A stretch of DNA of 64,000 nucleotides, taken from positions 283,092,001 through 283,156,000 of the forward strand of contig NW_027362761.1 of assembly GCF_046119375.1 (NCBI RefSeq), given 5' to 3'. Below are positions 1-13,200 of this stretch, one piece after another. The notes under the pieces were generated by a model. The model ran no database searches and was not told the DNA's origin. It was given only the letters and a program-made list of their open reading frames with translations. Position 1 is the first letter of the stretch; each line of letters begins with the position of its first letter. A program made the position numbers and the translations under genes. This stretch comes from Phyllobates terribilis (taxonomy: Eukaryota).

Positions 1-447
1 AATCTATGTGACATTTCAGGAGGTCATTTTAAGTGCTTCAATCTACATTACTGAGAATAAGTGACAAACTCTTTTGAGATCCACATTCCGCTTTCACTGA
101 TTAGCTCTATCAGCAGGGTATTTGTGCCGAAGCACTGATAGTCCACCTAAGGCCTTATTCTGACATTAGTGATTTTCTCCTAAGAAAAAATAATGAGTAA
201 TTAAATAAATAAGTTACAAATATTCTCCTGTCCATTACAACATTACAATGTTAAAGAAGTCTTCCCATGAAGTTATTTATTTTAACTAAATTTGCATATA
301 TATATATATATGTGTGTGTACTGTAATCAGGACCCCGGGCGAAAGAGTCTCAGTGGGCCCCTTTAACTCAGACCATAATTCATGATGCACAGATATGGCA
401 GAGAAATATATGTATAGTTCAAGGCCAAAGATTTCACTTACTTCTTA

Positions 448-1621
448 TGACGCACCCCCTGGGCCATATTCTTTAGGGGAATACCCGGAGCCGGATCAGA
501 TGGGGGTTGTAGTCTCCGAGTGGCTGTGACCCGGTCCGTGCCCAGGGTGTCAAGCTCAGTGTATGTGGCAGTCCTTACTGATGTTACTAAAGTTCTTTAT
601 GTCGACTACGCCACCCGTTGGATTGCGGTCACTACGGCCGCCGCTGCAGCAGGGTCCGCTGAGGCTGATGGTGTTGGTGCAGCTTTAGATAGTATAACCC
701 CCAACGGGAGGGGTATGGCCTCAGGGGGTCAGGTGCAGAGGATGGGGGTTGTGGTGGTGCAGCGTAGATGATAATTAAAGACAGAGTCGGGTTGTGCAGT
801 TCAGGGTGTTTACTTACTGCAGATATTCCGGTCACTCCGGCCTTGAGTGACCACCCGAGCCGTGCTGCGTCCACCAGGTCCTGGATTCAGCCAACCCCCA
901 AGCAAGTCCGGAGCGTGTCCCTGAGCCCTCCTTCTTGTCCTTTCTTCTGGCCGTCCCCACCAGGGATCCACCTAGGTCCAGCTCCCTCGGGACTTCTGTT
1001 GGGAGACCCTTGGCCTTGGGTTCCCTGACCCTACACGTGGTTTGCCTTCAGGGTGGATTTGGTGGGTGGCCGTGGCAGATCCTGCCCACGGCCTCCGGTC
1101 TCTGGCTGAGGTATGCTTTAGCCCCCACCAGTTTGGGATCCGGTACCCTATTTCCAACTCTTCACCCTCTCTGCGTCTTTCTTGTTCTCCTCTCTCACTC
1201 TCTCTGGGCCTGGGGCTGCTCTGCTCCTCTGCTTTCTTCCACTGCTCTGCAAAGTCTTCACTACAACAGGCTGACTGACCCTGATCTTAGATGGTGCCCA
1301 CCTTTTATACTCCCTCTATATGTGAGCTCAGGTGACCAGCACCCAATGAGCTCCTATCTTTACCCAGGCTGCTCCCCCTATCTGCCCCTACACTACTGGG
1401 ATGTACCACCCCCCTCCCACTCCAGCCAGGAACAGACTCGGTCGTACCTGCACATTTCTAAGTGGGAGTACCGTTGGTCTGCTCCTCGGAAATGGGATGT
1501 GTGTAGTGCATGCAGCTTTCTGAGCTCAGTTCCACACTCCATCCTTACCCGGGAGTGGAATATCACACCTCTGGTTTGAGGTGCAATACCCCTGTAGCAG
1601 CCGAATCCTCAGGGTGCTACA
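448..1621. mobile_element. Solo LTR (Gypsy-like), 1174 bp, 4-bp TSD CTTA
   Basis: Begins TGACGCACCC and ends GGGTGCTACA (TG..CA, imperfect terminal inverted repeat). CTTA lies at 444-447 and 1622-1625. Homologous end to end to 26292-27504. Confidence 0.85.
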
Positions 1622-1736
1622 CTTACATTACATGAGTGATATCTATTGTAAATTCTACAATAGCTCAAAAACAGGCAAATCCTTGCAGCGCACAGTGCAT
1701 GTCCTGGGGGGATTCAAAAGTTTTCATTTTAGACCA

Positions 1737-2066
1737 GACAGTATAGTCTTCCACACAGTATTATGGGCACCACATAGTCATCCATACACTATTATGGCCA
1801 CCATAGAGTCCTCCACACAGTATTATGGGCACCACATAGTCATCCATACAGTATTATGGCCACCATAGAGTCCTCCATGTAGTATTTTGAGCACCACATA
1901 GTCATCCATACAGTATTATGGCCACCATAGAGTCCTCCATGCAGTATTATAAGCACCACATAGTCATCCATACAGTATTATGGCCACCATAGGGTCCTCC
2001 ATGCAGTATTATGAGCACCACATAGTCATCCATGCAGTATTATGGCCACCATAGAGTCCTCCACGC
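1737..2066. repeat. Minisatellite, ~62-bp dimer of two ~31-bp subunits (CAGTATTATGGGCACCACATAGTCATCCATA / CAGTATTATGGCCACCATAGAGTCCTCCA)
   Basis: Unit starts at 1756, 1818 and 1880; about 5 dimers. Confidence 0.9.
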
Positions 2067-3282
2067 GGGAATGCTTTCAAAAGTAGAAGTGTATAATAAT
2101 TTATATCAATTAGAAAAATACAAAGTGAATGTACAAAAGAGAAATACAAATCTAATCAATATTTGGAGTGACCACCCTTGGTCTTCAAGCTGGGCTGGGA
2201 GCTGGAGATCCTCCCCTCCAACGGGTCAGGTAAAAAGCTCTGTGAACCACTACCACTAGAAATGTTACCTTTTTCACCAAAAAATACCAACAAAAGTAAA
2301 AAAGTGGGGCACTTTAGGTGTGAGGCTCAACAGAGAGGGCAATTTAAAAGTTGCATATAGAACCACTCATTTACACAATACAAGGGACAAATAGCGATAT
2401 TAATCCCTGACATGCTATATTTTAAATGTCAGACCCAAGGACAGTAATTAGTGTTGAGAGAGCACTAAAATGCTCGGGTGCTCAAAGCTCGGCCCAAGCT
2501 CGCCGTGATTCTCGGGTGCTCGACCCGAGCAACGAGCCCAATGTTAGTCTATGGGAGACCCGAGCATTTTTGCGGCGGCACCCCCGGCAGTCTGTAGAAA
2601 GCCTAAACGATAGTGACAGTGCTCAAATCACATGGGGACAGCATGGGGATCGCCCCAGGAAGCATTTCTGACCCCCAGGTCACTGTTGTCAACAACGTGT
2701 TCAGAGATATTAAGCCACTTTTACAGGCTCATAATAAAACGTTCAAAAACGAAAGTGAAACTTTTTTCCTGTGAAATACGTGAAGTAATTTCTTTTCCAG
2801 GGTAAAGACTTGTGTATAAGGTAAAATAAATAACCAAAAACAAAAATACTCCTCCACACCTTGGGCTATGTTCACAAGTAGCATTTTTTATGCGTTTTTG
2901 CACTTTTGCATTGCTTTCAACTGTGACAAATGCATTCACCGGGAAATGTCATTTTAACATTTTAGAACCTTACCTGGCCATGTGCTGTGTGACACATGCA
3001 TACAGTGCTGAAAAGGCATGGAGACAGCATGGGGAATACCCCTGGAAGCATCTCTGACTCCCAGATCACTGCCTAAAAGTGTGCCCATCTGAAGTGATCC
3101 TTGCCGCATCAGAAGATGCAGACCTGCAACTATCCCCGTGCAAGTCCTTGTCCCAGGGCAGTGTTCAATTGTACCTCCCCCATTCCTTGCAATGCAAGCG
3201 CAAATATGCAGCCAACCACTCACCCACCCCCAGGCTGCAATAGCATACTGCTAGCTTGCACTTGAAATGGGGCCTTTTAGTT

Positions 3283-4045
3283 CCACACACACTTTTCTTA
3301 GATTGGCCTGCTTTAGGGCAGCATTCGACGAGTCCACCAGAGAACCCGACTCCTCCGGTGGGCCCTGGCTTCTCCATCAGGGGAGTTGTTTGTGCCAAGG
3401 TGAGGAGCATGATGATGATAGAAGTTAGTATCTGCTTTGTTTTCTTGGAATGCAAGCGTAAGTGTGCAACCTGCCACCCACCCACCACCAGGGTGCAATA
3501 CCATACTGCTAGCTTGCTTGCACTTGAAATTGGGCCTTTTAGGCATGTGGAGGCAGACACCGGCCACCATGTCATGGCTGCGTCGGCGGCCCTTTTATCC
3601 ATACTCAGTCCCTAGCCGCCCGGCGGACGGGTGTCCACGCTCGGTCCCCAGCCACCAGGGGGAGGCCGGGTGTCCACACTCGGTCCCCAGCCGCCCCGCG
3701 GCCGGGTGTCCACACACGGTCCTCAGCCGCCAGGGGGCGGCCGGGTGTCCACACTCGGTCCCCAGCTGCCCCGGGGCCGGGTGTCCACGCACGGTCTCCA
3801 GCCGCCTGGGGGCGGCCGGGTGTCCATAAACGGTCCCCAGCCACCCCGATTTCTCCGCGGAACATCCCCACACACTTTTCTTAGACTGGCCTGCTTTTGG
3901 GCAGCATTGGACGAGCCCACCAGAGAACCCGACTCCTCCGATGGGCCCTGGCTTCTCCATCAGGGGAGTTGAGAGTGCCAAGGTGAGGAGCATGATGAGG
4001 GTGATAGAAGTTAGCATCTGCTTTGTTTTCAAGGAATGCAAGCAC
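3283..4045. repeat. ~175-bp direct repeat pair (3283-3460, 3868-4045) enclosing a GC-rich 39/36-bp alternating tandem repeat (3605-3845)
   Basis: CCACACACTTTTCTTAGA(T/C)TGGCCTGC...GGAATGCAAGC occurs twice. CGGGTGTCCAC recurs at 3628, 3667, 3703, 3742, 3778 and 3817. Confidence 0.85.
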
Positions 4046-4999
4046 ATGCATGTAGTAGCGGCTAGGCCTGAGGTGGTCAGCGTTTTGGCGCATATCCTTC
4101 CTCCTCCGAGGATTGCTGGATGTTTTCCTGCTACTATCCAAGTTCTATGCCTCCCGTTAAAACAGAGCTTCAGGTGATAAATGATGGATGAGGTAGTGGC
4201 AAAGGAGAAAGAGAAGGAGGAACAGGGACCATTCACATCAATATCAGGCCAGTCAACCACATATGTCTTGTAGGATATGTTTCTGTAACAAAAGGAGCGG
4301 TTCGGCTACACAGTTATAGGGCATACAGTGAGTGCAATCCCTACAAAAAATTTTGAGGCCCTCCAATGCCCCTTGGAAATGACATGGAGGTCAGAGGGCC
4401 TTAACTAAACCTTTTTTTCCATATATAGCAACTGGGTCTCCTGTACACTGTTGGCCTAAGCAGTGAATGGAAGGCTTTCCAAAAATTATGAGGAACTGCA
4501 ATGCCCCTTGAAACAGACGTGGATTACAGCTTACTAAAATCCTTCTACCCATTATTGGGGAGTGTGTCTCCCTTAGTTTTCACCTTTGCATTGAAAAGCA
4601 AAAGCTGACTAAAATTAGGAGGAAATGCAATGCCCGTTGGAAGAGTCGTGGAGATTAGAGGTAAGGTAATTAAAAACAACATTTCAATGCCCCTTGGAAG
4701 AGACGTGGAGGTCACAGTAGCTTAACAAGACGGTTTTAATGCCCCTTGGAAGAGTGGTGGAAGTTACAGTGGAATAAAAAGACAATATCAATGCCCCGTG
4801 GAATAGACGTTGAGGTCACAGTAGCTTAACAAGACGGTTTTAATGCCCCTTGGAAGAGTGGTGGAAGTTACAGTGGAATAAAAGGACAATATCAATGCCC
4901 CATGGAATAGACGTTGAGGTCACAATAGCTTAACAAGACGGTTTTAATGCCCCTCGGAAGAGATGTGGAGGTCACAGTAGCTTAACAAGACTTTTTTAA

Positions 5000-5790
5000 T
5001 GCCCCTTACAAGAGCCATGCAGTACAGCATATTATAAACATTAGTCCCATTATTGGGGAGTGGGTCTCCCATAGTATTTGCTTATGCCTTCCAAGCAAAA
5101 GCTTCCAAAAATTAGGATGGAGCAACTTGCAATGCCTCTTACAAGAGCCATGCAGTACAGCATATTACAAACATAAGTCCCATTATTGGGGAGTGGGTCT
5201 CCCATAGTATTTGCTTATGCCTTCCAAGCAAAAGCTTCCAAAAATTAGGACGGAGCAACTTGCAATGCCTCTTACAAGAGCCATGAAGTACAGCATATTA
5301 CAAACATTAGTCCCATTATTGGGGAGTGGGTCTCCCATAGTATTTGCTTATGCCTTCCAAGCAAAAGCTTCCAAAAATTAGGACGGAGCAACTTGCAATG
5401 CCTCTTACAAGAGCCATGCAGTACAACATATTACAAACACTAGTCCCATTAATGGGGAGTGGGTCTCCCATAGTTTTTGCTTATGCATTCCAAGCGAAAG
5501 CTTCCAAAAATTAGGACGGAGCAACTTGCAATGCCTCTTACAAGAGCCATGCAGTACAGCATATTACAAACATAAGTCCCATTATTGGGGAGTGGGTCTC
5601 CCATAGTATTTGCTTATGCCTTCCAAGCAAAAGCTTCCAAAAATTAGGACAGAGCAACTTGCAATGCCTCTTACAAGAGCCATGAAGTACAGCATATTAC
5701 AAACATTAGTCCCATTAATGGGGAGTGGGTCTCCCATAGTATTTGCTTATGCCTTCCAAGCAAAAGCTTCCTAAAATTTTGAGGAAATGC
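5000..5790. repeat. 133-bp tandem array (~6 copies) inside the hAT element
   Basis: AATGCCTCTTACAAGAGCCATG recurs at 5131, 5264, 5397 and onward. Confidence 0.92.
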
Positions 5791-8700
5791 AATGCCCGTT
5801 TGAAGAGTCGTGGAGGTCCCAGTAGCTTAACAAGAGGCTTTTAATGCCCCTTAAAAGAGACGTGGAGGTCAGAGTGGTATAACAAGACGCTTTTAATGCT
5901 CCTCAGAAGAGACGTGGAGGTCAGAGTGGTATAACAAGACGCTTTTAATGCCCCTTACAAGAGACGTGAAGGTCAGAGTGGTATAACAAGATGCTTTTAA
6001 TGCCCCTTACAAGAGACGTGGAAGTCAGAGTTGTATAACAAGACGCTTTTAATGCCCCTTACAAGAGACGTGGAGGTCAGAGTAGTATAACAAGATGCTT
6101 TTAATGCCCCTTTACAAGAGACGTAGAGGTCAGAGTGGTATAACAAGACGCTTTTAATGCCCCAAGGAAGAGACATGGAGGTCAGAGTGGTATAACAAGA
6201 CGCTTTTATTGCCCCTTACAAGAGACATGGAGGTCAGATTGGTATAACAACACGCTTTTAATGCCCCTCAGAAGAGACATGGAGGTCAGAGTGGTATAAC
6301 AAGACGCTTTTAATGCCCCTTACAAGAGATGTGGAGGTCAGAGTGGTATAACAAGACGCTTTTAATGCCCCTCACAAGAGACGTGGAGGTCAGAGTGGTA
6401 TAACAAGATGCTTTTAATGCCCCTTACAAGAGATGTGGAGGTCAGAGTGGTATAACAAGGCGCTTTTAATGCCCCTTACAAGAGACGTGGAGGTCAGATT
6501 GGTATACCAAGGCGCTTTTAATGCCCCTTACAAGAGACGTGGAGGTCAGAGTGGTATAACAAGATGCTTTTAATGCCCCTTTACAAGAGACGTAGATGTC
6601 AGAGTGGTATAACAAGACGCTTTTAATGCCCCTCAGAAGAGACGTGGAGGTCAGAATGGTATAACAAGACGCTTTTAATGCCCCTTACAAGAGACGTGGA
6701 GGTCAGAGTGTTATAACAAGACACTTTTAATGCCCCTCAGATGAGACGTGGAGGTCAGAGTGGTATAACAAGACGGTTTTAATGCCCCTTACAAGAGACG
6801 TGAAGGTCAGAGTGGTATAACAAGACGCTTTTAATGCCCCTTTACAAGATACGTAGAGGTCAGAGCGGTATAACAAGATGCTTTTAATGCCCCTCAGAAG
6901 AGACGTGGAGGTCAGAGTGGTATAACAAGACGCTTTTAATGCCCCTTACAAGAGACGTGGAGGTCAGAGTGGTATAACAAGACGCTTTTAATGCCCCTTA
7001 CAAGAGACGTGGAGGTCAGAGTGGTGTAACAAGACGCTTTTAATGCCCCTTTACAAGAGACGTAGAGGTCAGAGTGGTATAACAAGACGCTTTTAATGCC
7101 CCTCAGAAGAGACGTGGAGGTCAGAGTGGTATAACAAGACGCTTTTAATGCCCCTTACAAAAGACGTGGAGGTCAGAGTGGTATAACAAGATGCTTTAAG
7201 TGCTCCTCGGAAGAGACGTGGAGGTCAGAGTGGTATAACAAGACGCTTTTAATGCTCCTCAGAAGAGATGTGGAGGTCAGAGTGGTATAACAAGACGCTT
7301 TTAATGCCCCTTACAAGAGACGTGAAGGTCAGAGTGGTATAACAAGATGCTTTTAATGCCCCTTACAAGAGACGTGGAAGTCAGAGTTGTATAACAAGAC
7401 GCTTTTAATGCCCCTTACAAGAGACGTGGAGGTCAGAGTAGTATAACAAGATGCTTTTAATGCCCCTTTACAAGAGACGTAGAGGTCAGAGTGGTATAAC
7501 AAGACGCTTTTAATGCCCCAAGGAAGAGACATGGAGGTCAGAGTGGTATAACAAGACGCTTTTATTGCCCCTTACAAGAGACATGGAGGTCAGATTGGTA
7601 TAACAACACGCTTTTAATGCCCCTCAGAAGAGACATGGAGGTCAGAGTGGTATAACAAGACGCTTTTAATGCCCCTTACAAGAGATGTGGAGGTCAGAGT
7701 GGTATAACAAGACGCTTTTAATGCCCCTCACAAGAGACGTGGAGGTCAGAGTGGTATAACAAGATGCTTTTAATGCCCCTTACAAGAGATGTGGAGGTCA
7801 GAGTGGTATAACAAGGCGCTTTTAATGCCCCTTACAAGAGACGTGGAGGTCAGATTGGTATACCAAGGCACTTTTAATGCCCCTTACAAGAGACGTGGAG
7901 GTCAGAGTGGTATAACAAGATGCTTTTAATGCCCCTTTACAAGAGACGTAGATGTCAGAGTGGTATAACAAGACGCTTTTAATGCCCCTCAGAAGAGACG
8001 TGGAGGTCAGAATGGTATAACAAGACGCTTTTAATGCCCCTTACAAGAGACGTGGAGGTCAGAGTGTTATAACAAGACACTTTTAATGCCCCTCAGATGA
8101 GACGTGGAGGTCAGAGTGGTATAACAAGACGGTTTTAATGCCCCTTACAAGAGACGTGAAGGTCAGAGTGGTATAACAAGACGCTTTTAATGCCCCTTTA
8201 CAAGATACGTAGAGGTCAGAGCGGTATAACAAGATGCTTTTAATGCCCCTCAGAAGAGACGTGGAGGTCAGAGTGGTATAACAAGACGCTTTTAATGCCC
8301 CTTACAAGAGACGTGGAGGTCAGAGTGGTACAACAAGACGCTTTTAATGCCCCTTAAAAGAGACGTGGAGGTCAGAGTGGTGTAACAAGACGCTTTTAAT
8401 GCCCCTTTACAAGAGACGTAGAGGTCAGAGTGGTATAACAAGACGCTTTTAATGCCACTCAGAAGAGACGTGGAGGTCAGAGTGGTATAACAAGACGCTT
8501 TTAATGCCCCTTACAAAAGACGTGGAGGTCAGAGTGGTATAACAAGATGCTTTAAGTGCTCCTCGGAAGAGACGTGGAGGTCAGAGTGGTATAACAAGAC
8601 GCTTTTAATGCTCCTCAGAAGAGATGTGGAGGTCAGAGTGGTATAACAAGACGCTTTTAATGCCCCTTACAAGAGACGTGAAGGTCAGAGTGGTATAACA

Positions 8701-9975
8701 AGATGCTTTTAATGCCCCTTACAAGAGACGTGGAAGTCAGAGTTGTATAACAAGACGCTTTTAATGCCCCTTACAAGAGACGTGGAGGTCAGAGTAGTAT
8801 AACAAGATGCTTTTAATGCCCCTTTACAAGAGACGTAGAGGTCAGAGTGGTATAACAAGACGCTTTTAATGCCCCAAGGAAGAGACATGGAGGTCAGAGT
8901 GGTATAACAAGACGCTTTTATTGCCCCTTACAAGAGACATGGAGGTCAGATTGGTATAACAACACGCTTTTAATGCCCCTCAGAAGAGACATGGAGGTCA
9001 GAGTGGTATAACAAGACGCTTTTAATGCCCCTTACAAGAGATGTGGAGGTCAGAGTGGTATAACAAGACGCTTTTAATGCCCCTCACAAGAGACGTGGAG
9101 GTCAGAGTGGTATAACAAGATGCTTTTAATGCCCCTTACAAGAGATGTGGAGGTCAGAGTGGTATAACAAGGCGCTTTTAATGCCCCTTACAAGAGACGT
9201 GGAGGTCAGATTGGTATACCAAGGCACTTTTAATGCCCCTTACAAGAGACGTGGAGGTCAGAGTGGTATAACAAGATGCTTTTAATGCCCCTTTACAAGA
9301 GACGTAGATGTCAGAGTGGTATAACAAGACGCTTTTAATGCCCCTCAGAAGAGACGTGGAGGTCAGAATGGTATAACAAGACGCTTTTAATGCCCCTTAC
9401 AAGAGACGTGGAGGTCAGAGTGTTATAACAAGACACTTTTAATGCCCCTCAGATGAGACGTGGAGGTCAGAGTGGTATAACAAGACGGTTTTAATGCCCC
9501 TTACAAGAGACGTGAAGGTCAGAGTGGTATAACAAGACGCTTTTAATGCCCCTTTACAAGATACGTAGAGGTCAGAGCGGTATAACAAGATGCTTTTAAT
9601 GCCCCTCAGAAGAGACGTGGAGGTCAGAGTGGTATAACAAGACGCTTTTAATGCCCCTTACAAGAGACGTGGAGGTCAGAGTGGTACAACAAGACGCTTT
9701 TAATGCCCCTTACAAGAGACGTGGAGGTCAGAGTGGTGTAACAAGACGCTTTTAATGCCCCTTTACAAGAGACGTAGAGGTCAGAGTGGTATAACAAGAC
9801 GCTTTTAATGCCACTCAGAAGAGACGTGGAGGTCAGAGTGGTATAACAAGACGCTTTTAATGCCCCTTACAAAAGACGTGGAGGTCAGAGTGGTATAACA
9901 AGATGCTTTAAGTGCTCCTCGGAAGAGACGTGGAGGTCAGAGTGGTATAACAAGACGCTTTTAATGCCCCTTGGA
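5790..9975. repeat. 52-bp satellite array (~80 copies) with a 1356-bp higher-order repeat
   Basis: Unit AATGCCCCTTACAAGAGACGTGGAGGTCAGAGTGGTATAACAAGACGCTTTT. Rare variants recur every 1356 bp: CCCCAAGGAAG at 6165/7521/8877 and TTTAAGTGCTCCTCGG ending at 7200/8556/9912. Confidence 0.95.
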
Positions 9976-10261
9976 AGAGCAATACAGTACAGCATCTTAA
10001 AAATATTATTCCCGTTATTGGGGAGTGGGTCTCCCACAGTCTTTGCTTATGCCTTCCAAGCAAAAGCTGACAAAAATCAGGATGGAGGAACATTCAATAA
10101 TGTCAACATGGACCACGGTCACCCTGGTGGTATAGTGGTGGTGGAGGCTGAGGATAAGGAGAAGAACATAAAACAGCCGAAATGAGGAAACGTATACCCA
10201 TGAGTGGGTGTGATGCGGTGCATGTGAATACACCTCCCGAAATAACACAGTGGATTTGACT

Positions 10262-13200
10262 TTATCTTACTCTGCTGTCATTTGGTGGTGATGAGAAGTC
10301 TGGCCCAATCCAGCCCTTGTTCATTTTGATAAGGGTCAGCTTGTCAGCATTGTCAGTTGACAGGCGAGTGTGCTTATCAGTTATAATTCCCCCAGCGGCA
10401 CTAAAAACACGCTCCGATAACACGCTAGCGGCAGGGCAGGCCAGGACCTCCAAGGTGTACAGAGCAAGTTCATTCCAAGTGTCCAGCTTGGATACCCAAT
10501 AATTAAAAGGCACAGAGGAATCACGGAGGATGCTGGTATGGTCAGCAAGGTACTCCCTCACCATCTTTTGAAACTTTCCACTTCTTGTGAGAGTACCCCG
10601 CACCTCAGGGTCTGTCCGAAGGGAGGGTCTGAGAAAACTGTCCCAGAATGTTGACAGTGTTCCCCTGCCTCTGCTGGATTGGAGTTGTGTCTCCCTCGCA
10701 TGTACGCCTTGGTTGGGCAACAACGAACTGTGACCTCTGCCGCTAGCATGTTCAGATGGAAATTTTTTTAACAGTTCAGCAGCAAGGGCCTTCTGGTACT
10801 GCCCCATTTTTGTAGACCTCTCCACCTCAGGAATAAGAGAGTGAAAGTTCTCCTTGTAGCGGGGGTCTACAAGTGTCACCAACCAGTAATGACTGTCACC
10901 CAACATTTTTACAACGCGAGGGTCACGGTTAAGGCAGCGTAACATAAAGTCAGCCATGCGTGCCAGACTGGTAACGGGCAAGATTTCAGTGTCCTCACCA
11001 AGATGACGACTGACCATGCTCTCCTCCTCCTCCCCCCCCCCCCTGTCCTCAGGCCACCCACGCTGAATCAACGGTATGACAGTTGTAGAGGTACTACCGT
11101 CTACAGTGCATGATACCAGCTCCTGTTCTTCCTCCTATTCCTCCTCCTCCTCCTCTCCCTCATTGTCCCCCAATGCACGTTAGGAGGAGATGAGGCTGGG
11201 CTGTGTGTAATCGACCACTACGGCTTCTTGATCCATCTCATCATACTCTGGCTGCAATGCCTCCTCTTTAATTCTCTGCAGAGAGCGTTGCAAAAGACAG
11301 ACAAGTGGAATGCTGACGCTAATGATGGCGTCATCGCCACTCACCATCTTGGTGGCCTCCTTAAAGTTTGTCAGGATGGTCCATATGTCAGACAACCAGG
11401 TCCACTCCTGAGGTCTTATGTGTGGAGTCTGACCTGAATATCGACGGCCTTGTTGCAGCTGGTACTCCACAACTGCTCTCTTCTGCTCACAAATCCTTAG
11501 CAACATGTGGAGGGTAGAGTTCCAACATGTGGGGACATCACACACCAGTCGGTGTGCCGGGAGCTGCAAATGCTTCTGCAACACAGCAAGGGCGGCGGAG
11601 GCTGTAGCCGACTTGCGAAAATGAGCTGACAGGCGGCGTACTTTCACGAGCAGATCTGGCAACTCGGGGTACGATTTAAGAAACCGCTGAACCACGAGGT
11701 TAAGCACATGAGCCAGGCATGGTACGTGTGTGATCTCGCCTCGCCTCAGAGCCGCCACCAGGTTACAGCCATTGTCACACACAACCATGCCTGGATGAAG
11801 GTTCAGCGGTCTCAGCCACAGATCTGGCTGCTCTTTCACAGCTGTCCACAACTCACAAGCAGTGTGAGGTTTATCACCTAAGCTTATGAGTTTCAGCACA
11901 ACCTGTTGCCGCTTGATGGAGGCAGTACTGCAGTGCTTCCAGCTTGTAACTGATGTGGTGATATCTGAGATGGAGGCTGATCATGAGGAGGAGGAGGAGG
12001 ATGATGCGCAGGAGCTGTACACTGTGGGGGATACTCTGACTGACATAGGGCCCGCAATCCTCGGTGTGGGATGTGTTCCGTCCCAAGGTCCGACTGGGTC
12101 CCGGCTTCCACTATGTTTACCCAGTGAGCCATCAGGGAGATGTACCGTCCCTGGCCACAAGCACTTGTCCACGTGTCCGTTGTCAGGTGGACTCTCCCAG
12201 TAACTGCGTTGTTGAGGGCACAGCAGATGTTTTGGGACACATGCTTGTGTAGTGCGGGGATGGCACACCGGGCAAAATAGTGTCGGCTGGTGACCGATTA
12301 CCGAGGGACGGCCACCGCCATAAGGTTGCGGAAGGATTCTGTCTCCACCAGCCTAAAAGGCAGCATTTCCAACGCAAGCAGTCGTGAAATGTGCGAATTT
12401 AGGACTGTGGCCTGTGGGGCGTTAGCTGCGAATTTCCGCTTTCGTTCAAAGGTCTTGGATATGGACAATTGAACGCTGCGGTGGGAAGTGGACGTGGATT
12501 TTGATGCTGTTTCTTGAGAAACTGCCACAACAAGTAAAGACTGAGAGAAGGGGGCATCTTTACATGCAGTATGGACAGGGGATTGACTTGCACACACAAC
12601 AAGGGGTTCTATTGCACGCACAACAGCGGAAGAAGCAGTGGTGACACCGGCTGACACTGGTCGTGGACCCTGGGGTTCACCCCACAAAGTCGGGTGCTTT
12701 GCTGCCATGTGCCTGATCATGCTGGTTGTGGTCAGGCTGGTAGTTTTGTCACTCCTGCTGATGCTGGCATGGCAGGTGGTACAAATGGCCTTTTTGGGGT
12801 TATCAGCAGAGTCTTTAAAAAAATTCCAGACTCTGGAAGACCTACCGCTTGTACTGGCAACGTCCCTCGTATTGGTGTTACGGGGAACGGTTGCCCGCCT
12901 TCTGTCTGCAGCCACCACGCTGCTTCTTCCTGCCTGTTGGGGTACTCTGCCTCCCTCCCCCTGTGTGCTGCTGGCCTCACTCTGCATGTCCTCCTGCCAC
13001 GTTGGGTCAGTTACTAGATCATCCACCATCTCCTCCTCTTCCACGTGCGCACCACGATCCTCCTCCTCACTTGCTGGCAATTGTGTCTCGTCATCGTCCA
13101 CCTCTTGTGACAAATTGCCAGCGTCGACTTCCTGTGGCCGTGGCTGTTCAAATATTTGAGCATCGCTACATGGGATCTCCTCTTCCACCACTTCAAGCGG

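Noticed and set aside
520-1579. ORFs of 80-214 aa in the solo LTR (likewise 26776-27530)
   Set aside because: The reading frames are not conserved between the two LTR copies, there are no recognisable domains, and the starts are GTG/TTG.
5790-9975. CRISPR-like appearance of the 52-bp array (and the 110-bp array at 17356-20278)
   Set aside because: Units are contiguous near-identical monomers with no unique spacers, there are no cas genes, and the context is eukaryotic.
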